DNA of 64,000 nt from Candidatus Woesebacteria bacterium GW2011_GWB1_33_22 (GTDB lineage: Bacteria; Patescibacteriota; Microgenomatia; UBA8517), in NCBI GenBank assembly GCA_000989765.1, contig LBOW01000001.1, forward strand, positions 118,538-182,537. Direction: 5' to 3'. The notes below the pieces were generated by a model. It searched no databases and was not told where the DNA came from. It saw only the letters and a list, made by a program, of their open reading frames with translations. The position numbers and the translations under genes are program-made. How positions within the stretch are numbered: position 1 is the first letter of the stretch; the number at the start of each line of letters is the position of its first letter. Shown here in pieces: positions 10,816-20,820 of the stretch.

Positions 10816-12075
10816 ATGGATTTGATGGAAAAGATTACAGCCCTAGCGAAGAGAAGGGGATTTATATTTCAGTCTTCTGAAATATACGGAGGTTATCAGG
10901 GCTTTTGGGATTATGGGCCAGTTGGTGTTGAGTTAAAGAAAAATATTAAGAATGAATGGTGGAAAACCATGGTTTATGGAAGGGAAGATGTTGTAGGTGT
11001 TGATGCTTCAATTATAATGAATCCAATTGTTTGGGAAAAATCAGGACATTTGAAAGCTTTTACCGACCCGTTGGTTGAATGCAAGATTTGTCATAAAAGG
11101 TTTAGAGAGGACCAAAAAGATATTCATGAACATAATAATTGGACTGAGAGCAAAACCTTTAACTTAATGACGGAAGTTTTATTGGGTACAATTGAACCAA
11201 AAGAAAAGTCTTATTTAAGGGGAGAAATAACCCAAGGTGTTTTTGTTAATTTTAAAAATGTGGTTGACTCTACGAGAGTTAAAATACCTTTTGGTATAGC
11301 ACAGATTGGTAAAGCATTTAGAAACGAAGTAACTCCAGGGAACTTTACATTTAGGTCAAAAGAGTTTGAACAAATGGAACTTGAATATTTTGTTAAACCT
11401 AATGAGAAAGAAAGCAAAAAAACATTTGAAGATTTTAAAGAGATAAGAATTAACTGGTATAAAAATTTAGGCATGAATCCAAAAAAGTTGCATTTTAAGG
11501 ACCACGAACCTGAAAAAAGAGCCCATTATGCAAAATATGCAACAGACATTGAATACGAAGCACCGTTTGGTTGGAGTGAAATGGAAGGAATACACCATAG
11601 GGGAGACTATGATCTAAGTAATCACAACTTGAAATACAAAGATAATTTAAACAATGAAGAATATACCCCATGGGTTATTGAGACATCAGGAGGTGTGGAC
11701 AGAGCTACACTCTTCTTTTTAATTGATGCTTTCACCGAAGGTGTTGACGGTAGAGTGGTACTAAAACTTAATCCTAAAATTGCCCCTTACAAAGTGGCAG
11801 TTTTCCCACTTCTGGCAAATAAGCCTGAGTTAGTAGAAAGAGCTAGATCTGTCTATAGTCTATTGTCTACGGTCTACAGTTGCGCGTGGGATGATAGAGG
11901 AAACATCGGCAAACGTTACTTTGCTCAAGATGAAATAGGTACTCCTTGGTGTGTCACTGTTGATTTTGACTCACTTAAGGACGATTCTGTAACAGTTAGA
12001 GATAGAGATACTGGAAAACAGGAAAGAATTACGGTCGTCAAATTACAAAGCTATTTTGAAGACAAGTTTCAATGA
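10816..12075 (+). CDS. glyQS: glycine--tRNA ligase (dimeric class II type)
   Basis: N-terminus ITALAKRRGFIFQSSEIYGGYQGFWDYGPVGVELK is diagnostic of GlyRS. Confidence 0.9.
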   Translation: MDLMEKITALAKRRGFIFQSSEIYGGYQGFWDYGPVGVELKKNIKNEWWKTMVYGREDVVGVDASIIMNPIVWEKSGHLKAFTDPLVECKICHKRFREDQKDIHEHNNWTESKTFNLMTEVLLGTIEPKEKSYLRGEITQGVFVNFKNVVDSTRVKIPFGIAQIGKAFRNEVTPGNFTFRSKEFEQMELEYFVKPNEKESKKTFEDFKEIRINWYKNLGMNPKKLHFKDHEPEKRAHYAKYATDIEYEAPFGWSEMEGIHHRGDYDLSNHNLKYKDNLNNEEYTPWVIETSGGVDRATLFFLIDAFTEGVDGRVVLKLNPKIAPYKVAVFPLLANKPELVERARSVYSLLSTVYSCAWDDRGNIGKRYFAQDEIGTPWCVTVDFDSLKDDSVTVRDRDTGKQERITVVKLQSYFEDKFQ

Positions 12076-12581
12076 TTAATCAAAAACCTTTTGTTCATAA
12101 ATTAGTTATCTGTGCAAATGTTTTCGTTAGAAAAGATGGTAAGTATCTTTTGATGAAAAGATCTCCAGAAAAAAAATATGCACCAAATAAGATCCATCCC
12201 TTTGGTGGAAAAATAGACAAGGATGAAAATCCTTATGTTGGGGCTGTTAGAGAAATTAAAGAAGAAATTGGAATTGATATAAAGAATTTGAAACTCGAAG
12301 CTGTTATTTTGGAAAAAACGGATGAAAAAGATTTACCAGTAAATTGGTTAGTTTTTTATTTTTCTGCAGATTATGACAAAGGCGAAGTTAAAATTAATGA
12401 AGAAGGAGAAGCAGTATATTTAACCGAAAATGAAATAAAAAATTCTGATCAGTTCCCTTCAGTCAAAAGTATTCTTGACCATATTTTAAATCCCAATGAT
12501 GGTACTGTATTTACTACAAATAGTTACAAGGGATTTGAAAGTGGGATGCAAGAAATTTCAAAAAATGTCTGTATTGTATAA
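12072..12581 (+). CDS. NUDIX hydrolase
   Basis: Nudix box GGKIDKDENPYVGAVREIKEEIGI. Confidence 0.8.
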   Translation: MINQKPFVHKLVICANVFVRKDGKYLLMKRSPEKKYAPNKIHPFGGKIDKDENPYVGAVREIKEEIGIDIKNLKLEAVILEKTDEKDLPVNWLVFYFSADYDKGEVKINEEGEAVYLTENEIKNSDQFPSVKSILDHILNPNDGTVFTTNSYKGFESGMQEISKNVCIV

Positions 12582-12639
12582 ACCTGTAACTTTATTTTAA
12601 GTATTGACATAATATTGAAAATAATTGCACAATGAATAA

Positions 12640-13317
12640 GTGAAAAAATATCTTCCATTTATTTTTCTAGGTGTTGGGATTTTAATATTAGTTTTGGTTT
12701 TTGTTTTTATTAGAAGTAAAAAATCTGCTGATGTGACAGATGATAATGGAACACTTGTAGAACTAGCTTTTTCAGATAGACCATTTGCTTCTCTTACTCC
12801 AACCACAGATGGGCATTACTTAAATTTAAAGATTGAAAAGATAAAGGTGCCTAAGGCTACCTCAATGGATTATGAGCTTCTTTATTCACTACCTGATGGT
12901 AGGGCGCAAGGTGTACCTGGTACCGCAGATCTTAAAAATCAAAGCACATTTGAAAGAAAACTTCTTATGGGGTCAGAATCAAATGGTAAATTTAGATACG
13001 ATGAAGGGGTTGAAGAAGGTGCTTTAACAATCAGGTTTAGAGATTCAAAGGGAAAACTTCTTGCTAAATTTTCTACCAAGTTTCATCTACAATCTAATGT
13101 AACAGAGTTAACTTCAATTGATACAAACTTTACTTATGTCTTAGACAAAAAACCAAAAGGAATTTTCTTTATTACCATGGAAACCTTTGGCTTGCCTAGC
13201 GAAGCTTCTGTTTCAGAAGCGAAGGGGGGACCATATGGCGTCTTTGCCTCGGACATTCTACCTTCAGGTTCCGCCTCAGGCTGGCAAAATACTGCTTCAA
13301 ATATCTTCTATAAATAG
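12640..13317 (+). CDS. hypothetical exported/membrane-anchored protein
   Basis: N-terminal TM helix followed by a hydrophilic domain; no recognisable motif. Confidence 0.4.
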   Translation: MKKYLPFIFLGVGILILVLVFVFIRSKKSADVTDDNGTLVELAFSDRPFASLTPTTDGHYLNLKIEKIKVPKATSMDYELLYSLPDGRAQGVPGTADLKNQSTFERKLLMGSESNGKFRYDEGVEEGALTIRFRDSKGKLLAKFSTKFHLQSNVTELTSIDTNFTYVLDKKPKGIFFITMETFGLPSEASVSEAKGGPYGVFASDILPSGSASGWQNTASNIFYK

Positions 13318-13390
13318 CTAATTCAAAAAAGTCTTATGATCTTTCGCTTGTGAAATTGGGTACTTGACAAGGCGTGAAAGAAATATCAAA

Positions 13391-13420
13391 ATGGATAGTA
13401 ATGGTGAAAGATGGAAATTC
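13391..13420 (+). promoter_or_regulatory. three direct ATGG(A/T)-containing decamers at exact 10-bp spacing upstream of mraZ; candidate MraZ operator
   Basis: ATGGATAGTA ATGGTGAAAG ATGGAAATTC lie 36-65 nt upstream of the mraZ start; MraZ is known to bind three direct repeats at 10-bp spacing in its own promoter. Confidence 0.35.
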
Positions 13421-13455
13421 TTTTAACCTTTAGTACTGCCCGATACTAAAAATAT

Positions 13456-13887
13456 ATGTTACTTGGAAATTATCAGGCCGTACTAAGCGATTCACGAAGA
13501 GTCGCAGTACCTAAAAAATTTATGAGAGAACTAGGTGAAAACCTAGTTTTGGCTATGTGGTATGAAGATTGTCTGATATTGGTTAGAGATAATTTTTGGG
13601 AAACATTATCAAAAGACTTAGTTGGAGACAGTCGAAAAGGTTGGGGAGTCAGAGATCTGGAAAGATTTATATTAGGCTCGGCCTTTGAAGTAACGCTTGA
13701 TGATCAGGGAAGAATTATTATCCCTGAAACCTTAGCCGAGTATGCCAAATTAGACAAAAACCTATGTTTTTTGGGATTAATTGATAGAGTTGAGATTTGG
13801 CCAAAAGAGATTTGGGATAAAAAAGCTAAGGAATTATCAGTGACAACAAAAGAATATATTGAAGAATTAGTCAAAAATGCAAAATAA
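13456..13887 (+). CDS. mraZ: division/cell-wall cluster transcriptional regulator MraZ
   Basis: two SpoVT/AbrB-like halves; N-terminus MLLGNYQAVLSDSRRVAVP. Confidence 0.85.
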   Translation: MLLGNYQAVLSDSRRVAVPKKFMRELGENLVLAMWYEDCLILVRDNFWETLSKDLVGDSRKGWGVRDLERFILGSAFEVTLDDQGRIIIPETLAEYAKLDKNLCFLGLIDRVEIWPKEIWDKKAKELSVTTKEYIEELVKNAK

Positions 13888-14695
13888 CTGGCACGAATCC
13901 GTAATGATTGAGGAGGTAATTAAAGAAATGCCAAAAGGCAAAGTTATTGACTGTACTTTAGGAACTGGGGGGCACACAGAAGCGCTATTGAAAAAAGGCT
14001 GTGAAGTCCTAGCAATTGAAGTAGATCCGAAGATTTTGGAAATTGCAAAAAAACGCCTTGGTAATAAAGCAAAGCTGGTTTTAGGTAATTTTAGTGAGCT
14101 AGATAAAATTGCAAAAGAAAATAGTTTTGACAAAGTTGACGGAATTTTGTTTGATTTAGGAGTATCGAATTTGCACCTTAAAGAAGATAGTCGAGGATTT
14201 TCATTTACAGAAAGTGAGCAGGAACTTGATATGAGGTTAAACCCTGAAAATCAAGGAGTAAAAGCAATGGACCTTTTAAACGCCTTAAATGTGGGACAAC
14301 TTACTAATCTCTTTGGAAAAGTTATGAATAGGGATTTGTCAAGAAAATGGGCTAACGAAGTGCTTTTTAATCGCCCATTTAAGACCGTTGCTGATTTGAA
14401 AAAAACAGCTTTTAATATGCCACATAAAAAAAGTCTTGATTCAGCAACTCTACCCATGCTTGCCTTGAGGATTGCAGTAAATAGCGAATATGAAAATCTA
14501 GAAACGGCATTACCAAAAGCTTTTTCGCTTCTTAAGCGCAAAGGAAAGCTTTTAGTAATTACTTTTCATTCTGGTGAAGAAAGGATTTTGGAAGATGTGG
14601 TGGGTAGGGGTTTTATTATTTACCCATCTGAAGAAGAAATTAGAAGTAATCCAAGATCTCGCAGTGCAAAGTTACATATATATGACAAAAATTAA
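13877..14695 (+). CDS. rsmH: 16S rRNA (cytosine1402-N4)-methyltransferase RsmH
   Basis: DCTLGTGGHTEALL SAM-binding motif; conserved position after mraZ. Confidence 0.9.
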   Translation: MQNNWHESVMIEEVIKEMPKGKVIDCTLGTGGHTEALLKKGCEVLAIEVDPKILEIAKKRLGNKAKLVLGNFSELDKIAKENSFDKVDGILFDLGVSNLHLKEDSRGFSFTESEQELDMRLNPENQGVKAMDLLNALNVGQLTNLFGKVMNRDLSRKWANEVLFNRPFKTVADLKKTAFNMPHKKSLDSATLPMLALRIAVNSEYENLETALPKAFSLLKRKGKLLVITFHSGEERILEDVVGRGFIIYPSEEEIRSNPRSRSAKLHIYDKN

Positions 14696-14963
14696 TAAAA
14701 TAACATGGATAGCTAACTTAAGTTTATTTATGGTTGTTGTTTTTATGGGTATCAAACAGACAGAAAGAGGGATTGAAATCGCTAAACTTGAGGACGGTTT
14801 AGAACAGCTGATTTTGTCGAAACAACAGTTAACAGATGTAATTTTTGCTAGCAACAAAAGCTTGGACAACGAAGAGAATTTGCTATCCTTGGGATTTATC
14901 AAACCTACAACTGTTTATTATTTTAATACAGAAGATAGTTTTGCAAAGCTTCCTGTAAGATAA
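14682..14963 (+). CDS. ftsL: FtsL-like cell division protein
   Basis: small bitopic protein (TM segment plus coiled coil) between rsmH and ftsI; start moved to the internal ATG at 14682, which overlaps the rsmH stop. Confidence 0.5.
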   Translation: MTKINKITWIANLSLFMVVVFMGIKQTERGIEIAKLEDGLEQLILSKQQLTDVIFASNKSLDNEENLLSLGFIKPTTVYYFNTEDSFAKLPVR

Positions 14964-14972
14964 AATCACAAA

Positions 14973-16646
14973 ATGAGACTAAGGATAGTGATCGGAATTT
15001 TCATCTTAATGTTTATGGGTTTAATTGTGAGACTTTTCTATTGGCAGATTATAAAAGGAGAAACACTTTCCAAAGAAGCTGGTTTACAATATAAAGATTC
15101 AACAAAAGTCAAATCCTCAAGAGGAAGTATTTTAGCTAAAGATAATACATGGTTAGCAACACAACGTCCAAATTGGCTTTTGTTTGCTGAAAAACCAAAA
15201 TTAAAAAATCTAAAAATTGTTGCCAACTCCTTAGCACCAATTTTGGAGACCGAAAGTGAGGATTTATATACAATTATTACTAGACCAGAAGTTGTTTGGA
15301 TTCCAATTAAACATAAAATTACAGGTGAACAAAAAAGACAAATTGAGGAATTAAAAATAGAAGGTTTAGGTTTTGAACCAGAAGAAACAAGATTTTATCC
15401 AGAAGGATCGGCTTCTGCCCAACTCTTGGGGTTTGTCGGAAAAAACGAAGAGGGATATGATACTGGTTATTTTGGTCTTGAGGGATATTATGATATATCC
15501 TTAAAAGGTAAATCTGGTTTTGTTGAAAGAGAAAAAGATTTAAAGGGTGCTCCACTTTTATCCGGTAGTATGTCTGAAATTTCTTCAATTCCTGGAGCAA
15601 ATTTAATTACTTTTATAGACAAGAGAATAAATAGTATTGTAGATACTAAATTAAAGGAGGGAATTGAAAAATATGGAGCAAAAGAGGGCTCAGTTATAAT
15701 AATGAACCCTAAAAATGGTGCAATTCTGGCAATGAGTTCTTATCCATCCTACGATCCTACAAAATATAATGAATATGATGAGAAATTATATAAAAATCCT
15801 GCAATTTCAGATACTTTTGAACCCGGTTCAGTTTTTAAAGTCATGGTTATGGCAGCAGGAATTGACGCAGGTGCTGTAACTCCTGACACAATTTGTGATA
15901 TTTGTGAGGGACCACTAAAGGTAGATAAATACTTAATTGAGACTTGGAATCGAAAATATTTTAAAGATTCTACAATGACTGATGTCGTTGTTCATTCGGA
16001 CAATGTGGGTATGAGTTTTGTTGCACAAAAACTAGGAGCGGATAAACTATATGATTATCTTGATAAATTTGGCATTGGAAAATTATCAGGCATCGATTTA
16101 CAGGGTGAATCAAATATATCGATGAGAAAGAAAGGAACTTGGAATATTGTTGATTTGGCAACTTCCTCGTTTGGACAAGGGATTTCGACTACCCCAATTC
16201 AAATAATAAGAGCCGTTGCGGCAATTGCTAATGATGGCATATTGACTATTCCGAAAGTGGTTGAAAAAGTTGAACTTGATGGTTGGAGTGAGAAGTTAAA
16301 CGAAGGAGGGAAGTTAAGGGTGATATCTAAAGATACAGCAGAAAAAATGACCAAGATTATGGTGCAAGCTGCCAGGCACGGTGAAGCACAGTGGACCAAT
16401 CTTAAAGGTTTTAGCGTTGCGGGTAAAACTGGAACAGCTCAGATACCAATTTCTGGTCACTATGATGCTGAAAAAACGATAGCTAGTTTTGTGGGTTTTG
16501 CACCGGCTAATAATCCAAAATTTATTATGTTAGTTACATTAAAAGAACCACAAAGCAGTGAGTGGGCGTCGGAAACTGCTGCCCCCCTTTGGTATTCAAT
16601 TGCGAAAGATTTATTTATCATTTTTGGCATTCAGCCAGATAATTAG
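14973..16646 (+). CDS. ftsI: peptidoglycan D,D-transpeptidase FtsI (class B PBP)
   Basis: N-terminal TM segment, SVFK (SxxK), SDN and KTGTA motifs. Confidence 0.9.
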   Translation: MRLRIVIGIFILMFMGLIVRLFYWQIIKGETLSKEAGLQYKDSTKVKSSRGSILAKDNTWLATQRPNWLLFAEKPKLKNLKIVANSLAPILETESEDLYTIITRPEVVWIPIKHKITGEQKRQIEELKIEGLGFEPEETRFYPEGSASAQLLGFVGKNEEGYDTGYFGLEGYYDISLKGKSGFVEREKDLKGAPLLSGSMSEISSIPGANLITFIDKRINSIVDTKLKEGIEKYGAKEGSVIIMNPKNGAILAMSSYPSYDPTKYNEYDEKLYKNPAISDTFEPGSVFKVMVMAAGIDAGAVTPDTICDICEGPLKVDKYLIETWNRKYFKDSTMTDVVVHSDNVGMSFVAQKLGADKLYDYLDKFGIGKLSGIDLQGESNISMRKKGTWNIVDLATSSFGQGISTTPIQIIRAVAAIANDGILTIPKVVEKVELDGWSEKLNEGGKLRVISKDTAEKMTKIMVQAARHGEAQWTNLKGFSVAGKTGTAQIPISGHYDAEKTIASFVGFAPANNPKFIMLVTLKEPQSSEWASETAAPLWYSIAKDLFIIFGIQPDN

Positions 16647-16667
16647 GTATAATACAAAACATAAGTT

Positions 16668-17918
16668 ATGGCTAAGTTTTTAATAACAGGCGGAAAGAAA
16701 CTTGAAGGAGAAATTGACATTTTTGGTAACAAAAATTCTGCCTTAAAACTTATCCCAGCAGTTCTTGTATCTGCCTCAAAATCGATTCTTACCAATGTTC
16801 CAAACATCTCAGATGTTAGAGTTTTAATCGAAATAATAGAAAAATTAGGTGCTAAAACAAGCTTTAAAGATAATGTACTAGAGATTGATGCAACAACTTT
16901 GAATTCATATGAGCCTGATCCAGATTTGTGTTCAAAGATTAGGGCTTCAGTAGTTCTTGCAGCCCCTCTTCTTGTGAGGTTTGGTAAGGCCGTATTAACC
17001 CCGCCCGGCGGTGACCAGATTGGGGATAGGCTTCTTGATACTCATTTCTCAATGATGCAAAAGCTTGGAGCAAACTTCAGACGGGAAAATGGTAAATTTT
17101 ATCTCACATGGGATAAAAAAATTGGTGGAAAGATATTTTTAGAAGAAGCCTCAGTCACTGCTACAGAAATGGGGATTATTATGGCCTCATCAATGAACGA
17201 AGAAGTAACAATTGAAGATGCAGCTGCCGAACCACATGTCGGTAATTTGATAGATTTACTTGTCAAAATGGGAGCAAAAATTATTGGTCGTGGTACAAAT
17301 ACCTTAACTGTTTCGGGAGGAAAACTTAATGGAGTTGAGCATAAAGTTATGGCTGATCATATTGAAGGTGGAACCTTTGCTATTGCCTCTGCAATTACTG
17401 GAGGGAAAATTAAGATCAATAATTTTGAAGTTGAAAACTACCACATGATTCTAAATTATTTAGGAAATATGGGAGTTAGTTATAAAATTGAAAAGAACAG
17501 TTTAATTGTATTACCTTCAAAACTTATTGCTTCAAGAAGAAAATTTCAAACCAGACCTTGGCCAGGTTTTCCAACAGACTTGATGAGTCCATTTATAGTT
17601 CTTGCAACACAAACCGCAGGAACAGTTCTTTGCCATGATTGGATGTACGAATGGAGGATGTTTTTTGTCGATGACCTTATAGGAATGGGTGCTAACATTT
17701 TTATTGCAGATCCACATAGAGTAATAATTTCAGGTCCAACAAAACTAATGGCAGATAGACTTTTTTGTAAAGATATAAGGGCGGGAATATCAGTTATTTT
17801 GGCTGCATTGGCAGCAGAAGGAACTAGTACTATTGAAAATGTCGAAGTTGTAGATAGAGGTTATCAAAATATAGAAGATAGGTTGAGAACATTGGGTGCT
17901 TCTATTGTAAAACAATGA
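16668..17918 (+). CDS. murA: UDP-N-acetylglucosamine 1-carboxyvinyltransferase MurA
   Basis: length and conserved N-terminus FLITGGKKLEGEIDIFGNKNSALKLI. Confidence 0.9.
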   Translation: MAKFLITGGKKLEGEIDIFGNKNSALKLIPAVLVSASKSILTNVPNISDVRVLIEIIEKLGAKTSFKDNVLEIDATTLNSYEPDPDLCSKIRASVVLAAPLLVRFGKAVLTPPGGDQIGDRLLDTHFSMMQKLGANFRRENGKFYLTWDKKIGGKIFLEEASVTATEMGIIMASSMNEEVTIEDAAAEPHVGNLIDLLVKMGAKIIGRGTNTLTVSGGKLNGVEHKVMADHIEGGTFAIASAITGGKIKINNFEVENYHMILNYLGNMGVSYKIEKNSLIVLPSKLIASRRKFQTRPWPGFPTDLMSPFIVLATQTAGTVLCHDWMYEWRMFFVDDLIGMGANIFIADPHRVIISGPTKLMADRLFCKDIRAGISVILAALAAEGTSTIENVEVVDRGYQNIEDRLRTLGASIVKQ

Positions 17919-19819
17919 TTCAATTTGATTCAAGAAAAGTTAAAAAGGGCGACACCTTTGTAGCTATAAAGGGTTTGACTCATGACGGAAATGATTTTAT
18001 TCAAGATGCAATCAAAAACGGGGCCATCAAAGTATATAAAAATAGTAATTATGAAGAACTGGGGAAATTAGTTAAAGATTATTACAAGGATCCAAGTAGT
18101 AAATTAAAAATAATAGGTGTTACTGGAACAAAAGGTAAAACCACAACTTGTCATTTGATTCACCATATTTTGTTGGAAAGTGGCAAAAAGACAGGTTTAA
18201 TTTCATCGATTACTACTGATGGTTTTCATACAACTACACCCGATGTCATTTCGCTAAATCAAGAACTTTCTAATATGCTCAAAAAAGGTTATGAATATGT
18301 TGTTTTGGAAGTCAGTTCTCATGGAATAGATCAAGGTAGAATTGCTGGAATTAAATTTGATATTTCTGTTTTGACAAACATCCATCCTGAACACTTAGAC
18401 TACCATAAAACATTTGAAGAATATAAAAGAGTTAAAATGATGTTTATAAATTCGGCTAAATTTAGAGTATTTAGTCCGTCTTCTAGTAAGTTAAAGATTC
18501 TTCAGGGGGAATTTAATAATATAAATGCAGAAACAGCTGTTGAAGTAGCAATGGAATTAGGAATTAGTAAAGAGAAGGCTCTAAAATCACTTAAGACATT
18601 TAAATTACCTAGTGGTAGGTTAGAAGAAATTGATACTCACAGGGATTTTAGGGTATTTGTAGATTTTGCTCATACTCCAGATTCTTTGGAAGCTGTACTT
18701 AAATATTTAAGAACTATTACAAAAAATAGATTAATTTCTGTTTTTGGTTGTGCGGGAGAAAGAGATCCAAAAAAAAGATCAAAAATGGGAAAAATTTCAA
18801 CTGAAATTGCAGACCTTTCTATTTTTACTGCAGAAGATACTAGAACAGAATCTATTTTTGATATTCTAAAACAGATGCGATCAAAGGCTATTAAAAATAA
18901 ATTTATCTGTATTCCTGAAAGAGGAGAGGCGATTGCTCACGCGTTATCAATTGCTAAAAAAGGTGATATCGTTGGTGTCTTTGGAAAGGGGCATGAGAAA
19001 TCAATGTGTTACTTAAATTTTGAACACTCTTGGAATGATCAAAAATTTATTAAAAATTTATTATTAGGTTATAAGGATTTATCAGGAATTATCTTAGCTG
19101 CAGGTAAGGGAACTAGAATGAAATCTAATTTACCTAAGGTGATTCACACAATTTGTGGTAGACCAATGATTTCATATTCATTGGAAAATTTGAGAAATAC
19201 TGGTATTGTAAATTTATTACCCGTTATTGGATATAAGAGACATTTAGTTCTTCGAGAAATATCAAGAAATATTGACTTTGTTGTACAAATAAAAACATCT
19301 GGCACGGGAGATGCAGTTAAAATAGCTCTAACTAAAATTAATCCAAAGATGAAAAATATTTTAGTAATAAATGGTGATGATAGTGCTTTTTACAAACCAG
19401 AAACGATTAAAAATGTTATAGAAACACACATTAATAGTAAAGCTGTGATAACTTTTGTTAGCTTGATTCAAGGAAATCCTAAAGGTCTAGGAAGGGTAGT
19501 AAGAAACAAGCATGGCCAGTTTAAAGCAATAATAGAAGAAAAAGATGCAAGTGAAGAGGTAAGAAAAATAAAAGAAGTAAACGATGGACTTTACATATTT
19601 AATCAAGTTTGGCTTAGGAAAAATATTTTAAAGTTAACAAAAAGCCCTATTAGTAAAGAATATTATTTAACAGATCTTTTAAAAATTGCAGTTGATAAAT
19701 CTGAGAAAATATCAATTTATAAACTTCCAGACTCAAGTGAGTGGCAGGGAATTAATACCCCAGAACAGCTTCAAGAAGCAGAAGAAAAAATGAAAAAAAG
19801 ATTAAATGAAAAAATATAA
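17915..19819 (+). CDS. murE: fusion protein: MurE-like Mur ligase (aa 1-~375) plus GlmU-type N-terminal sugar-1-phosphate nucleotidyltransferase domain (aa ~385-634)
   Basis: Mur ligase P-loop IGVTGTKGKTTT and DFAHTPDSLEAVL C-domain, then ILAAGKGTRMKSNLPKVIHTICGRPMI, the GlmU uridyltransferase signature; no LbH acetyltransferase repeats. Confidence 0.75.
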   Translation: MIQFDSRKVKKGDTFVAIKGLTHDGNDFIQDAIKNGAIKVYKNSNYEELGKLVKDYYKDPSSKLKIIGVTGTKGKTTTCHLIHHILLESGKKTGLISSITTDGFHTTTPDVISLNQELSNMLKKGYEYVVLEVSSHGIDQGRIAGIKFDISVLTNIHPEHLDYHKTFEEYKRVKMMFINSAKFRVFSPSSSKLKILQGEFNNINAETAVEVAMELGISKEKALKSLKTFKLPSGRLEEIDTHRDFRVFVDFAHTPDSLEAVLKYLRTITKNRLISVFGCAGERDPKKRSKMGKISTEIADLSIFTAEDTRTESIFDILKQMRSKAIKNKFICIPERGEAIAHALSIAKKGDIVGVFGKGHEKSMCYLNFEHSWNDQKFIKNLLLGYKDLSGIILAAGKGTRMKSNLPKVIHTICGRPMISYSLENLRNTGIVNLLPVIGYKRHLVLREISRNIDFVVQIKTSGTGDAVKIALTKINPKMKNILVINGDDSAFYKPETIKNVIETHINSKAVITFVSLIQGNPKGLGRVVRNKHGQFKAIIEEKDASEEVRKIKEVNDGLYIFNQVWLRKNILKLTKSPISKEYYLTDLLKIAVDKSEKISIYKLPDSSEWQGINTPEQLQEAEEKMKKRLNEKI

Positions 19820-20807
19820 TCAAAAAGTAGTTACATTTGGAGGAGGAACTGGTCAATTCCACCTACTATCAGGCCTTCGTGAATTAAACAAAAACTTATT
19901 TATTACGGCAGTAGCTGGAACATGGGATTCTGGCGGTAGTTCTGGCCGTTTAAGAGCAGAAATTGGCGTTTTACCACCTGGGGATATAAGGCGTTGTTTA
20001 TTGGCTTTAATGCCTAATGAAAAACAAAGAATGGTAGCCCAAAGGCTCTTTGATGACAGATTGGAAGATATGACAGGGCCGCTTAAAGGTCATTCCTTCG
20101 GTAATCTTTTAACTGCTCGTCTTGAAAATATCTACAAAGGACAAGATAGGGGAATTGACGCTGAACGGGAACTTTTTGGAGTAGAGGCAAAAGTAATGCC
20201 TATTAGTATTACCAATTTAGAGCTGATTGCTGAAACGTCAAAAGGAAATAAAATAATTGGAGAAACAAATATTGATTTGCGAATTAAAGATAAAAATTAC
20301 GATACTGAAGATAAAATAGTCAGAATTTATTTTGATACTAGGGCTGATATAAATTCAAATGTTTTAACTGAAATTCGAAATGCAGATAAAATCATTTTTT
20401 CATCTGGAGACCTTTATACAAGTATACTTCCTCACTTACTTGTTAATGGAGTAAAAGAAGCAATAGTTAGCTCTAAGGCAAAATTAATTTATGTATTAAA
20501 TTTGGCCACGAAACCTGGTGAAACCGACCACTACAAAGCCTCAGATTTTTTAAAAGCATTTCTTTTTTACCTTGATACACCAAAAAGACTTGATTATTTA
20601 GTTGTAAACAGTAATCACCTGGATTCTGAGATATTAGATATTTATAAAGGAGAGGGTCAGAATTTAGTTGAAGTTGATAGTTCTAAAATAAGACAAATTG
20701 AACCGAGGTTAAAAATTGTTAGAAAATCAATTTCAATTTATTTCAAAAAGGACCACTTGCTTCGCCATGACTCAATAAAACTAGCCAAAGCAATTCTTAA
20801 AATTTAG
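19806..20807 (+). CDS. YvcK/CofD-like (UPF0052) protein
   Basis: FGGGTG...AGTWDSGGSSGRLR motif of the YvcK gluconeogenesis-factor family. Confidence 0.8.
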   Translation: MKKYNQKVVTFGGGTGQFHLLSGLRELNKNLFITAVAGTWDSGGSSGRLRAEIGVLPPGDIRRCLLALMPNEKQRMVAQRLFDDRLEDMTGPLKGHSFGNLLTARLENIYKGQDRGIDAERELFGVEAKVMPISITNLELIAETSKGNKIIGETNIDLRIKDKNYDTEDKIVRIYFDTRADINSNVLTEIRNADKIIFSSGDLYTSILPHLLVNGVKEAIVSSKAKLIYVLNLATKPGETDHYKASDFLKAFLFYLDTPKRLDYLVVNSNHLDSEILDIYKGEGQNLVEVDSSKIRQIEPRLKIVRKSISIYFKKDHLLRHDSIKLAKAILKI

Positions 20808-20820
20808 TAGTATTAAAATT

